Part shown: piece by piece, positions 1 to 10,063 of the stretch
How positions within the stretch are numbered: the first letter of the stretch is position 1
Layout of the letters: each line of letters opens with the position of its first letter
Origin: a virus
IMG/VR virus record: IMGVR_UViG_3300031088_000759
Direction: 5' to 3' (one strand)
Length of the DNA: 64,000 nucleotides
Notes under the pieces: generated by a model
Told to the model about the DNA's origin: nothing
What the model saw: the letters and a program-made list of their open reading frames with translations, nothing else
Databases searched by the model: none
Position numbers and translations under genes: made by a program

Positions 1-263
1 GATTTACCTTTTAACAATTCCTCTTGAATAAATTTGTTTTCACTTTTATCTAAGTCTTTTTTAGACTCAGCATAATAAATTAATTGTTTAGCAAAATTAG
101 ATTTACCATATTTCTTTAATGATAAACGAATCAAACGTCCTGAACCCATATAAGACAACCATTTTTCACCTTTAACAATCTTATGCTGACCAATATAAGT
201 TTTACCATTAACTAAGTTAGTAATACGATAAACATAACCATATTTTGTTTCATCTATTTCCAT
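1..263 (-). CDS. GIY-YIG (Seg-like) homing endonuclease, N-terminal part; runs off the window
   Basis: Hand translation MEIDETKYGYVYRITNLVNGKTYIGQH...YMGSG. Confidence 0.8.
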   Translation of the reverse strand, partial: MEIDETKYGYVYRITNLVNGKTYIGQHKIVKGEKWLSYMGSGRLIRLSLKKYGKSNFAKQLIYYAESKKDLDKSENKFIQEELLKGK

Positions 264-359
264 AAAAATCCTGTTCAATAATGATTTTCTCTTACTTATA
301 ATTATAACAAATTATTTCGGAAAAAATCATTATTGAACAGGATAAATAATTAAAAACAA

Positions 360-544
360 TAGCAGGATTGAAAAGGGGAAGCATTCGAAGGCTTCTATCA
401 CATTGCGGTGTGGGGGATTCCTGTTTCCCAACTACCTTTTCATTTTAACTTATTCAAGTTTGGAGTCGAACCATCTACTCGCGATTAAACGCTGGAGAAC
501 CAGTTCCAATTGGCTATGTGTTCTCTCAAAATGAGATCCTGCTA
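360..544 (-). ncRNA. Candidate structured RNA with a T-loop
   Basis: Closing inverted repeat TAGCAGGAT/ATCCTGCTA, internal stems, TGG-TTCGACT-CCA hairpin. Confidence 0.4.
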
Positions 545-549
545 TAAAG

Positions 550-622
550 TGCCTCCCCAGGGAATCGAACCCCGATTTTATGATTAAAAGTCACAAGTCC
601 TAACCAATTGAGCTAGAGAGAC
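550..622 (-). tRNA. tRNA-Lys(UUU)
   Basis: Cloverleaf, anticodon loop CTTTTAA. Confidence 0.85.
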
Positions 623-781
623 AAAGATTGATAAATGATCTTCGCAAAAACAGCACCAGCCTGGTTGTTGGTTAAACGTTCAGCAAGGGAATCGAACCCT
701 TGTATTTCTGTCTGCCACATTTTAGAATTGCTTATAGGTAACCAGCCTATTGCAACCTCAGATCGGGTATTTTTATCAATC

Positions 782-910
782 AAACGCAGGTGTGTTGCTA
801 CACCAAAAGGGACGGCACTATTGTTCTCCGTATCGGTGGCAAACCCGACTTCTGCCGAAAATTGCCCTACTCATTAAAGATGGCTACCTCTAAGCCAACT
901 ACCTGTGTTT
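782..910 (-). ncRNA. RNA resembling the 23S rRNA H43-H44 (L11-binding) domain, with an insertion
   Basis: GTTGGCTTAGAGGTAGCCATCTTTAATGAGT...GGTGTAGCAACAC closed by a 9/10-bp helix. Confidence 0.65.
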
Positions 911-1111
911 CGCTTCCCCGATAAGATTCGAACTTACTCTTCGTAATGCCTATAGAACATCAGAAGTTTCCATACTGACTAAGGAAATAATTTCCAGTAC
1001 ATACTTTCACGGCGTTCCTTCCGCTATCCTTTGCTGAGAGATCCTGCTAATAACTGGAAACCCTTATTAGCATTTTATAATGCCTCCTCTTATCGAGAAT
1101 GACATCAGGTG

Positions 1112-1184
1112 CTCCCCCACTTGGACTCGAACCAAGAACCCTCCGGTTAACAGCCGAATGCTCTGCCAATTGAGCTACAGGGGA
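1112..1184 (-). tRNA. tRNA-Asn(GUU)
   Basis: Cloverleaf, loop CTGTTAA. Confidence 0.9.
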
Positions 1185-1231
1185 ATAACTAAGTTTTGTT
1201 ACCGCGTACAAAACCTACAAAAAACGCTCCG

Positions 1232-1305
1232 AGCGGATAACGGGATTCGAACCCGTACTCTCAGTTTGGAAGACTGATATGCTAACCGTTAAACATCATA
1301 TCCGC
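1232..1305 (-). tRNA. tRNA-Gly(UCC)
   Basis: Cloverleaf, loop CTTCCAA. Confidence 0.9.
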
Positions 1306-1355
1306 ATATAATATATTCTATCAAATTATCAAACATTCTTCAACTTGTTAAACCT

Positions 1356-1386
1356 AATCTCGTCATTACTCTCAATAAGTCCTCAA
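1356..1386 (-). repeat. Promoter-proximal leader hairpin motif, copy 1 of 4 (others 10578, 20058, 29812)
   Basis: TTGAGGA..stem-(C/G)AGAG-stem..CGAGATT. Confidence 0.7.
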
Positions 1387-1403
1387 TTGGTTTAACAAAA
1401 TTA

Positions 1404-1432
1404 ATTATAACATATTGTTAAAGTTTTGTCAA
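1404..1432 (-). promoter_or_regulatory. Consensus sigma70/SigA promoter (many similar ones across the window)
   Basis: TTGACA-17nt-TATAAT with extended TG. Confidence 0.85.
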
Positions 1433-1467
1433 ATTTAATAAACTGAATTTTAAACTTCTGAATTCAG

Positions 1468-1540
1468 AGCCACCTATCGGGATCGAACCGATGACCTCTT
1501 TTTTACGAAAAAAGTGCTCTACCAACTGAGCTAAGGAGGC
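1468..1540 (-). tRNA. tRNA-Thr(CGU)
   Basis: Cloverleaf, loop TTCGTAA. Confidence 0.85.
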
Positions 1541-1548
1541 AAGGTTTA

Positions 1549-1714
1549 AGTTATGACAGGATTCCAACCTGCATGACCCTCTCCACAAGGGCAGCTTTAC
1601 CATTAAACTACATAACAGGAATTACTTATGTAAACCCTTTTTTCATGATGCCGCAGATTCAAACTGCAGTTTCCCGCTCCACAGCGGCGCATTACCTTTA
1701 CTATGCTACAATCA
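1549..1714 (-). ncRNA. Tandem pair of tRNA-like modules, copy 1 of 3
   Basis: Two D/T-arm modules with aberrant anticodon arms and an AAAAGGG..TCCT linker. Confidence 0.6.
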
Positions 1715-1718
1715 AAAG

Positions 1719-1792
1719 TACCCCGTACCGGATTCGAACCGGTGTTCTTCTGCGTGAGAGGCAGACGAGATAAACCGCTACTCCAACGGGGC
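1719..1792 (-). tRNA. tRNA-Glu(CUC)
   Basis: Cloverleaf, loop CTCTCAC. Confidence 0.9.
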
Positions 1793-1893
1793 AAGAACTA
1801 AACTCTATACAATTATCAAATACTGTAAAACTTATATCAGTATAATACCATAGTTAAAATACTTTGTCAAGTTTTTGATTATTAAAACCAAAG

Positions 1894-1965
1894 CTGGGAT
1901 ACCAGGACTCGAACCTAGAATAACGGTACCAGAAACCGTTGTGTTGCCGATTACACCATATCCCA
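1894..1965 (-). tRNA. tRNA-Gln(CUG)
   Basis: Cloverleaf, loop TTCTGGT. Confidence 0.9.
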
Positions 1966-2179
1966 ATGTAGAAGCAAATTAATACTATAAAATAAAGCAA
2001 TTATTAAAACTTTAAAACGCCTTACAAAACCACTTCCTAATACTCCCACAATAGCGGTCTTTTTCAGGGTATAAAAATGTTGTTTTTGAAGGTTTTTCTA
2101 AGAAACGCTATTTTAATGTCCCTTGCTTGAACAGAATAAAATTTTTATCAAAATCGCTTATAGAATTTTAACTATTCAG

Positions 2180-2261
2180 CGGAAGACACGGGATTCGAAC
2201 CCGCAACCCCTTTCGGAGCGACGCATTTCTAGTGCGCTTGCTGACCACTCGCCTATCTTCC
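2180..2261 (-). tRNA. tRNA-Ser(AGA), rare A34 anticodon
   Basis: Long variable arm, G73, loop CTAGAAA. Confidence 0.85.
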
Positions 2262-2459
2262 AAAGCTTCACGAATCATTGACTAAATGATTTGAAGCGAT
2301 AACATTCAACGCTGCTATACACGCCCATGATTACGGTATGGTGTCCTGATGTTCTCACATGGTTTGAGTAAAGGTTCTGCGTACTTTACCGAATATCACT
2401 ACGCTCAACTGTTTCATTCTGCGTTGACCATCCATATCAGTAGTCACTCTGATATCAGC

Positions 2460-2578
2460 ACCCGTTATAGGGATTGAACCTATATCTATCATGCGCAGGT
2501 TAATTACGCCTGCGATTCCCCTCAACGTAGTACTCCGCGTCAGGGACAAGATTGTGTTTCCCAATTACACTAAACGGC
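2460..2578 (-). ncRNA. tRNA-like RNA with a branched domain replacing the anticodon arm
   Basis: Acceptor, D and T arms present; two extra hairpins in the middle. Confidence 0.55.
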
Positions 2579-2591
2579 TAAAGCCTATTTA

Positions 2592-2719
2592 CAGCACTTC
2601 GGCATAGGCTAACCAAATAACGAATTGAATGATAAAATTCCTGATTGAATATAATATTACCATTCTCCTTGTGCTTATTCACTACTGAAACCATATTCCC
2701 ATCAGACCTAATTGGTTTC
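2592..2719 (-). ncRNA. Multi-pseudoknot RNA 3' of tRNA-Met, copy 1
   Basis: Diverged second copy at 18833-18957 with compensatory changes. Confidence 0.7.
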
Positions 2720-2723
2720 GTCG

Positions 2724-2800
2724 TAGCGGAGGCCGGATTCGAACCGACGAAATACAGGATTATGAGACCTGCGTGTTAGACCTAACTTCACCACTCCGCA
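2724..2800 (-). tRNA. tRNA-Met(CAU), initiator-like 1:72 mismatch
   Basis: Loop CTCATAA. Confidence 0.85.
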
Positions 2801-3266
2801 ATGATTTATTCTCCAAAACTATATCAGAAAACAAATATTTATTTAATTATTCAAAATTTTGAACAATATAAAAACTTACAAAAACCTTTTCGGCTCCTAA
2901 AAGATTAGTGCTTTCTTCTAGAGTACTTCAAATTCTCATCTTAGTACTCTAGAAGAAAGCACCATATGCCTTATTTTTGTCCTGGTTAGGCTTCCAGTTT
3001 GGATGACCCTTAGTACACATTGAACTTATAAAAATAAATTTAACTATTCATACAGTATTCAACTTCCCGCGAAACCCTCTGAGATTCCATCCTCAAAGGC
3101 ATCCACCAGGTTTATTCAACCAGTCCGTGCGTTGGGGTTGTGAACTACACGACAAAGGAACTAAAAATATATAAAATTATCAAACAACTATCAATCATCT
3201 TGCTTTACTTGAATATCTTAACACATTAAAAAAATTTTGTCAACTATTGAAATCAATAAACCTTTA

Positions 3267-4289
3267 TCAAGAATTATCCACACGGCGCAATTTAATAATC
3301 AAGTCAGCAGTTACCCCACCTTTATCTTCGCCCCACTTGAATTCTTTGCCTTCTTCAAGACCTATAACTTCATAAGATGATTCAGGCAACAAAACTTCAA
3401 ACTCATGTTGATGTCTGCTCACACTACTCATAACACCACCTTTATCAGTTACAATCTCTAAAGCTACATTTTTTCCTTCAACAATTTTTCCATCTACAAA
3501 ATTATTCCCTCTCATGAAACCATTTGACTGAGCAGGATTAACAGAAGTTGATAAAGCTCTATCCAACTTAATTGTAGAGCCAATTTTTGGATTCTGCGCT
3601 AAGACAAGATCTCTCGTTTCGTAAGACAACCCTGAGAACACAGTCAAAGGCTCCTCAAACTTTGGAGACTTGTGTAACGCATTATTTAAATTCTTCACAA
3701 AAACTTCGTCTTTTTCAGAAAAACTTTTTGCATATTCGTCAGAACTACAAGAATATTTGAAGACAGACCAGGCTTCATCAGAAGAGCAATTACTAATCCA
3801 TTGTTCAGCAGCTTTATCCATATCATCCCACAAATCAGGCTGATCTTTCATCATTTCTTCAACATCATTGCCAAAACCAATTATACTATCACTGGTATGT
3901 ACAACTTTAGGTGCTCTGATTTTTACAGGCTTATTATTCAATTTTCCAGAATCATTAACATTATTAGGGATATAATCATTAAGAGTATTCTCTACTTTAT
4001 TCCTTAAATCAATCAATGATGATTGTTTAGGATCACTAAAAGGGGAAGTTCTGTTTTCAACAAACTCTTTCATAATTGCTTGATGTGTTCTGCCTCTAAC
4101 ACCTATTAAACGGCTAACTTCACTAATAGGATTTTCCATTTGTTTTTCATAGGCTTTTTGTGCCTCTTCTTTCGTGTCATAATGCTCAGCGAAATCATTC
4201 TTTTCGTAAGGACAATTGCCAAAATTAGCACGACAAATATTAGCATTACCAGTCTTAGGGTTGATGTGATAACGTTTAACAGATGACAT
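3267..4289 (-). CDS. ADP-ribosyltransferase-like (VIP2/Alt type) protein with N-terminal HCCH tag
   Basis: ALSTS and HEFEVLLP motifs; GGAG RBS before ATG 4289. Confidence 0.7.
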   Translation of the reverse strand: MSSVKRYHINPKTGNANICRANFGNCPYEKNDFAEHYDTKEEAQKAYEKQMENPISEVSRLIGVRGRTHQAIMKEFVENRTSPFSDPKQSSLIDLRNKVENTLNDYIPNNVNDSGKLNNKPVKIRAPKVVHTSDSIIGFGNDVEEMMKDQPDLWDDMDKAAEQWISNCSSDEAWSVFKYSCSSDEYAKSFSEKDEVFVKNLNNALHKSPKFEEPLTVFSGLSYETRDLVLAQNPKIGSTIKLDRALSTSVNPAQSNGFMRGNNFVDGKIVEGKNVALEIVTDKGGVMSSVSRHQHEFEVLLPESSYEVIGLEEGKEFKWGEDKGGVTADLIIKLRRVDNS

Positions 4290-4426
4290 AAAAGCTCCAT
4301 GAATAATTAAATAATATGTAAAACTATTTTCTAAACTATACAAGAGAAACAACAACTTGAGCACTATTTCGTCAAGTTGTTGTTTCTCTTTGAATGTATT
4401 TATGCTTCTAACTTCTTTTTAAAAGG

Positions 4427-4984
4427 TCAAGAATTATTAAGCTCTTCTAATTCTTGTTGTAGCTGTTTAATTTTTTCTTCACGGGCTTTTTTCTTATCAT
4501 CTTTAGACAAAGGACGAATCGCTGTGAAAATTGCATGATTGTATTTATCCCAATCAGCAAAACCTGCACCTTCAGTTTGAATATAATGATACTTCAACTT
4601 GTTATCCTTGGCAAACTTTTCAGCTTCTTTTCTTGAAAAAACTTCTTTACGTGTGTTAGCTTTAGTCTTAAATACAACCTCTTCACCTTTTCTGAAAGAA
4701 ACATAAGAACTGTATTTTTGCTTTATTTTATCAGCTGTGGTGTTCTTGATAATTCCAACATTCGGATATTTTTTAGCAAACGATTCTTGAACATTCGCTT
4801 TTCGTTCATCAAAAGAAATTGTTGAATAGTTGGCAAAAGTATTCTTATCGTTTTCTGCTTCATAAGCCGCACGTGCTTCTTCTTTGGAATAAAAATGTCG
4901 ATCATCACCACCACGAGGACATGCTTTGACTTCGGCTTTACATAATGCTGTATTGCCCGCTTCAGTAATATGGTATTTAGACAT
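4427..4984 (-). CDS. HCCH-tag hypothetical protein
   Basis: YHITE..C..C..HF N-terminus; AAGGAG RBS. Confidence 0.8.
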   Translation of the reverse strand: MSKYHITEAGNTALCKAEVKACPRGGDDRHFYSKEEARAAYEAENDKNTFANYSTISFDERKANVQESFAKKYPNVGIIKNTTADKIKQKYSSYVSFRKGEEVVFKTKANTRKEVFSRKEAEKFAKDNKLKYHYIQTEGAGFADWDKYNHAIFTAIRPLSKDDKKKAREEKIKQLQQELEELNNS

Positions 4985-5103
4985 AGAATACTCTCCTTAA
5001 AATTAGCTTATTAATTGATTTTCTAATCAATTAGTCAATATACTCTCGAATTACTGAGACACCAGGTTCATCAGATTCTTCTTCCCAAATCTTAAAATCT
5101 TCT

Positions 5104-5385
5104 TCAAAAGTAAGATCCTCTTCTTGAAGATATTCGTTCATTTTTTTCAAGAGCTTCAGAAACTTGATTTTTAACAAATTCAATATAAGACTCCCAATCG
5201 TATTGTTTAAATTGATCAGTTTCCAATTCAAGGAAATCACTATCCTCACCTTCACCACCAATACCATAAGGAAGCACATCAACTACCTCGGCATTTTGAC
5301 CATTAGTTTCAACAATTACATGGTAAATAAAAGTTTCCATACTATCATCCACACGTCCACCATCAAGCTTAAGTTTATGAATCAT
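5104..5385 (-). CDS. Hypothetical protein
   Basis: ORF track, co-oriented with neighbours. Confidence 0.6.
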   Translation of the reverse strand: MIHKLKLDGGRVDDSMETFIYHVIVETNGQNAEVVDVLPYGIGGEGEDSDFLELETDQFKQYDWESYIEFVKNQVSEALEKNERISSRRGSYF

Positions 5386-5430
5386 TTTTGATCAGCTTTC
5401 TTATAGAATTTGAACATTAATTAATAATAA

Positions 5431-5814
5431 TCACAAATAACTTTTCAACATTTCTACAAAAGCAAAGGGTAAACTGTCAAGACGTTTCTCTTCTCTACCA
5501 GTATGCGAAGAAAAAGCAGAAACATAAACAGCGGTGGAATACAGAACATCACAATTAAAAGTATATGCGCCATTAAAGATTTCGTACGTCAATATAACAG
5601 AAACAGACGTATTCTCTTGTCCATTTTTTACATAAACATTTTCTTCTATAACAGCTCGTGAAACATTAGACAAGTCAAAAGATTCACCATCTTGAACGAA
5701 AGCATTCATCAAAGAAAGATCCAAGATAGCCCGCCGCTCGTGTGAAGAACTGTTGCTGATTAAAGAAATAGTGCTATTGCGCTCATCTCTACATTTTCTA
5801 TCAATATTATTCAT
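5431..5814 (-). CDS. Hypothetical protein
   Basis: ORF track. Confidence 0.6.
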   Translation of the reverse strand: MNNIDRKCRDERNSTISLISNSSSHERRAILDLSLMNAFVQDGESFDLSNVSRAVIEENVYVKNGQENTSVSVILTYEIFNGAYTFNCDVLYSTAVYVSAFSSHTGREEKRLDSLPFAFVEMLKSYL

Positions 5815-5997
5815 GATTTACTCTTTTCCGAAATATATATTACGATAATTCAATCATAGCATATACAGCAAAGAACAGCAATGATGAGATTCTAATGTTG
5901 TCGATTTTATCGTTGATATGGGATATATTGTTCCTGGAACTATTCATGAACCTCAAAGAACAGTTGAAGAACACTTGAAGAAGTGGAAGAAATAATT

Positions 5998-7023
5998 TTA
6001 GGAGTTTCTTTTACGTCTTTTATGTTCAGGACACTTTTTTGAAATCCCATACCTTAATCTAATTCCACAATCAGAACAAACAGGATATGTCAAACAGACT
6101 TTTTCATGTCGTTTAATATTCATAGCTCCCATTAATTCATCGCAATGCTGACATTTTAGTTTTGTATTTATCATTGAATGTTCTTTACAAAATTTAACAC
6201 CTTTACGAGACAGTCTAACATTGCAAGTTTGACATTTAGGAAAACTTTCACAAGCTTTCTCATGTTGGTCTATAACAGAACTTTTAAACTCAACTTCACA
6301 AAAAGAACATTTTTTATACGAAGAAATTTTTGGAATTCTTTCTTTTTTAGCAACCGGAGTTCTTTTGCTATTTGCTAATTTTTGCGACTCTTTGACAGTG
6401 CGACGTGGAATCCCTAATCTTTTCATAATATTTAAAGCCTTAGTTCTACCAACACCTAATTTTTCAGCTAATTCTGGACGAGATAAACCCTGATTCCAAT
6501 AAAGATCGTAAATATAATCGTAGTTATATTCATTAGCAGATTTTTCTTTAACATACTCGGCTTGGCATTTACGTGAACAAAAAACTCTATTTTTAATTCT
6601 ATTATGAAAAACTTCATGACAGCCAGGGCAAATCAATTTTCTAAGCATATAGTTATTCTCAGAGGAAAGTTTTTGAAGATGAGTGTTTCTAATGTTATTA
6701 CGGGTTTCTTCTGAATGTTCCCACTTTTCGTTTAAAGACGGAATTTTCCCAAAATATTTAGGACTCATATTATTAAACCATTTGATTTCAAGAGTATTTA
6801 AAGTTTTATTATCATATTTACATTCTTCTAAAATACGAAATACAAGTAATTCAGGAATAGCACCATTAGCATGATACCACTCCACAAAATCTTTTCTTTT
6901 ATGTTTTTTACTTTTTAAGTCTTTCAAATGGTATTTCCAGCGCTGTTCAATGTTCTTTGACATACCAATATACAAGCACTCATCCGTCTTACTATCAAAA
7001 ATACCATAAATGCCAACAGTCAT
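5998..7023 (-). CDS. GIY-YIG homing endonuclease with NUMOD3/HTH/Cys-rich tail
   Basis: GIYGI..YIG..R..H..E; HSEETR; CxxC repeats. Confidence 0.85.
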   Translation of the reverse strand: MTVGIYGIFDSKTDECLYIGMSKNIEQRWKYHLKDLKSKKHKRKDFVEWYHANGAIPELLVFRILEECKYDNKTLNTLEIKWFNNMSPKYFGKIPSLNEKWEHSEETRNNIRNTHLQKLSSENNYMLRKLICPGCHEVFHNRIKNRVFCSRKCQAEYVKEKSANEYNYDYIYDLYWNQGLSRPELAEKLGVGRTKALNIMKRLGIPRRTVKESQKLANSKRTPVAKKERIPKISSYKKCSFCEVEFKSSVIDQHEKACESFPKCQTCNVRLSRKGVKFCKEHSMINTKLKCQHCDELMGAMNIKRHEKVCLTYPVCSDCGIRLRYGISKKCPEHKRRKRNS

Positions 7024-7126
7024 AAAAATAGCCCCTAACTTGAAATACTCATATTAAGTATTATACCAAGTCAAAGGCTATTTTTATCATTTTTTATAAA
7101 ATTATTTTATTAAAATTTTAATACTA

Positions 7127-7205
7127 TGGCGACCACGACGGGACTCGAACCCGCAACCCTCGGAGAGACAATCCGATACTCTAACCAAAATTGAGCTACG
7201 CGGCC
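7127..7205 (-). tRNA. tRNA-Asp(GUC), CCA encoded
   Basis: Loop TTGTCTC. Confidence 0.9.
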
Positions 7206-7372
7206 ATAATGAACAAATCCTTTTCCCTAAGATTCATTCTAAAATCCGATATCTTTTACCAATATCAGAACTGTAACTATTTTGCAGAACAGTTAGGAAA
7301 AACAGCGGAAACAGTTAGTAGGGCAAACTTTTACGTTTCCTATGTAATTCGGGCTGCAACCCGTCCCTACCG

Positions 7373-7448
7373 CGATCACGATGGGATTTGAACCCACGAT
7401 CCCCAGCTTGACGAGCTGGTGCTTTAAGCCATGCTAAGCTACGCGACC
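7373..7448 (-). tRNA. tRNA-Asp(GUC), C33
   Basis: Loop TCGTCAA. Confidence 0.8.
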
Positions 7449-7541
7449 ATTTTTATATAAAATTATCAAAACTTCTAACAACCTTACATAAATTATTATA
7501 TCAAACTTTTTCAAACTTGTCAAGTAAATGAAAACTAACTA

Positions 7542-7664
7542 TCAAAGTTCTTCTAATTCTTGAATATCATCATCAGTTAGTTCAATCTTCTTGTCAAAAA
7601 GACGAACATCAGACTTCAAAGCATTGTCTAAAATTTCTTTACCTAAAACTTTATCAATATTCAT
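7542..7664 (-). CDS. Small acidic protein (40 aa)
   Basis: MNIDKVLGKE...ELEEL; AAGGA RBS. Confidence 0.5.
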   Translation of the reverse strand: MNIDKVLGKEILDNALKSDVRLFDKKIELTDDDIQELEEL

Positions 7665-7812
7665 ATATTATCCTTTTCAATAAATATTAAAAAATGCTTT
7701 CCCTCGCTTGTTTTCTCTTAGGAAAATTCACCTGCTAAGGCTTTTTTGCTAAACCTTTCGCTGATTCTAAAAACAAGAAAACCAGTTTCATCTATTTAAC
7801 AAACATTTTTCG

Positions 7813-7892
7813 TAGTTTTCCCAAGATTCGAACTTGGATCTCCTGACGCCCTAATAGGTTAGTCAGTTGCTCTTGCCTCAAGCTAGAAAACT
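7813..7892 (-). ncRNA. tRNA-like RNA with an extended anticodon arm and no 7-nt loop
   Basis: 7-bp acceptor, D and T arms; CTGAC-TAA-CCTATTAGG-GC-GTCAG. Confidence 0.6.
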
Positions 7893-7894
7893 AT

Positions 7895-7989
7895 GGGCTA
7901 GAGACTTCATGGTAGCGACCCACGAAGGATTAACATTTAAAGACCATGCTCCAGCCGTTCACGCTCTACCTTTTTCAAGGCTATTAACT
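7895..7989 (-). ncRNA. Duplicated pseudoknotted RNA, copy 1 (copy 2 at 10064-10160)
   Basis: Shared GCCTTGAAAAAGGT, TTAAATGTTAA and GGGTCGC motifs, with covariation. Confidence 0.6.
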
Positions 7990-8069
7990 CGTTCTTCACC
8001 TAATCTTAATGGTGCCTAATGACTATCACGTCAACAGAGGGCTGAGACCACAAGAATCAAAGAACAAAG

Positions 8070-8151
8070 TAGCTCCGGAGGGACTCGAACCCTCACACCT
8101 CTCGATACTTGATTTTGAGTCAAGCGCGTCTACCAATTCCGCCACAGAGCC
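8070..8151 (-). tRNA. tRNA-Leu(CAA)
   Basis: Loop CTCAAAA, long variable arm. Confidence 0.9.
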
Positions 8152-8354
8152 ATATGTGGGATAATTTGTGTGAAGCGTAAAATACCGCAACTTTTGTTTC
8201 TCCCGTATCCGGCAAGTACAGTGCTCAACTGTTGAAACTATACCGAAAAACTATAAGAATTTTTTGTTCTTAACCGTTTCGCTAAGTTTTGTAATTCTTG
8301 TTAAATCCGACTACTTAACCATTCGTTAAGCTTGCCGAAAACTTAAAACATTTA

Positions 8355-8546
8355 TCAAATCTCCATTGCAAAAGCATTATGGCAAGAAACACACAACCAA
8401 TGGTTGCTATCATCGTGATTCTTTTCTTCTTCCCAAGGGTTAGGTTCATAACTCACGGTATTTCTTGATGAACCCATACCTTCAATCCATACCGGCAAAA
8501 GTTTCTTACAATACTCGCAATGTCTATAAATATATGTTTCAACCAT
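8355..8546 (-). CDS. Small CxxC..CxxC protein, paralog of 9692-9898
   Basis: CEYC..P.EE..D...HWLC..C..MEI; AAGGAG RBS. Confidence 0.7.
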   Translation of the reverse strand: MVETYIYRHCEYCKKLLPVWIEGMGSSRNTVSYEPNPWEEEKNHDDSNHWLCVSCHNAFAMEI

Positions 8547-8694
8547 TATAATCTCCTTAAAATAAATAACATTACTAACATTCTTTTGTTATTCATCATA
8601 TTTATTTCAAAGAATTCATGAATCATAAAACTATTGTTTTTTATTCACTTATCAAATATCTTTAACTTACAAGAACAACTATAACACTATATAA

Positions 8695-9429
8695 TTATTT
8701 TGTCAAGTCTTGTGCCATCACATGCGGACAACCATTCGCAAAAGTAGATTTATAAACAATTCTACCACAACTACAATAACCATTCTTCGTGCTATCACTA
8801 TTTTTAGTATTACCATACGTTTCTGTTTGTGTATGACAATTAGCACATAAAAACCTTAAATTTTCAAATCTATTGTCAGTGCTCTCACCATTAATATGAT
8901 CAACCTGCAGAGTTATACGTTTACCACGCCACTCAGCTTTTTCATGTAGAATACAATCAACCATTGAACAAACGTATTTTACACCTTTATCCAGCATACG
9001 GTTTCTTAAAGAAACGCCACTGTGTGAAGTATCAATAGCAAAAAATTCTTCATCAGACAATCTACGTATTTTTCCAATTCTTCTGTTTGAACTAACCGCA
9101 TCATATTTTGGTAATTCAATTTTATAAAGTTTAGACAAATAACGTATTTGTTTATATCTATAGTTTTGAATTTCTGAATAGCCCAGATTTCGAATTACTT
9201 CAACAATGCTATTCGAATTACTAACAGCTTCTTGAAATTCTTCTTTTGAAATCGAATTCTTAGGTTTTTCAAAAGAAATATTTAACTCTGATATATATTT
9301 AGCAAATGATAAAGTTGATCGTGACAAACCAAAACTCCTAGCAAAAGACTGCATGGAACTATATTGTTTACTCAACTCAATAAAATCATCTTTTGGTATC
9401 TGTTTCCAATCAGGATTTTTACTTGCCAT
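8695..9429 (-). CDS. HNH homing endonuclease
   Basis: LQVDHING..DNRFENLRFLCANCH. Confidence 0.9.
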   Translation of the reverse strand: MASKNPDWKQIPKDDFIELSKQYSSMQSFARSFGLSRSTLSFAKYISELNISFEKPKNSISKEEFQEAVSNSNSIVEVIRNLGYSEIQNYRYKQIRYLSKLYKIELPKYDAVSSNRRIGKIRRLSDEEFFAIDTSHSGVSLRNRMLDKGVKYVCSMVDCILHEKAEWRGKRITLQVDHINGESTDNRFENLRFLCANCHTQTETYGNTKNSDSTKNGYCSCGRIVYKSTFANGCPHVMAQDLTK

Positions 9430-9567
9430 TTTCTCTCCATTCAATAATTTACTATTAAAAGTATTTTATCAAATAAAATTATGAAATGACTATTTTTAAC
9501 GACTATATTATACAATAAATTAAAATATTTATTAATTTCAAAAACCAGCGCTGAACTGGTCTTATCG

Positions 9568-9642
9568 TCGGGATACTCGGATTTGAACCGAGAGTCTCCG
9601 CATCCCAAATGCGGCGGATTAACCAAATTTTCCTATATCCCG
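9568..9642 (-). tRNA. tRNA-Pro(UGG)
   Basis: Loop TTTGGGA. Confidence 0.9.
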
Positions 9643-9691
9643 AAATTGAGCACATTTTTTAACGTGGTTAAAACTCATTCCACAATAATTA

Positions 9692-9898
9692 TCAAATCTC
9701 CATCCGCGAATTATAGTAGCAATCATCACACAACCAATGGTCAGTGAAATCACCACGAATTTCTTCATTAAATGGATCAGGACGATAAGAAATCGTATTT
9801 TGAACAGTGCCATTATACGAACGCTTTATACCTGAGCCGTTATTTGGAGCAATCGGATAAACATTCTCACAATATTCACAAACATGTGTTTTAATCAT
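9692..9898 (-). CDS. Small CxxC..CxxC protein
   Basis: Paralog of 8355-8546 with the same upstream region. Confidence 0.7.
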   Translation of the reverse strand: MIKTHVCEYCENVYPIAPNNGSGIKRSYNGTVQNTISYRPDPFNEEIRGDFTDHWLCDDCYYNSRMEI

Positions 9899-9985
9899 TA
9901 TAATCTCCTTAAAAATAAACAAAATGTTTTTTAACATTCTTTTGTCATATTCAATAATGCTTATTTTTGAAAGATTTTATAATCG

Positions 9986-10059
9986 TAGTCCTGGAGGGAT
10001 TCGAACCCACAACACACTGATTCTTAGTCAGCGTCCTCTACCAGTTGGGATACAGAACC
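9986..10059 (-). tRNA. tRNA-Leu(AAG), short variable arm
   Basis: Loop CTAAGAA. Confidence 0.8.
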
Positions 10060-10063
10060 AAAA

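Noticed and set aside
782-910. rRNA gene
   Set aside because: Only the H43-H44-like piece is present, with no flanking 23S sequence
1356-1386. Leader motif as a permuted sarcin-ricin loop (GAGGAC...ACGAGA)
   Set aside because: The matches are too short and in the wrong order to support
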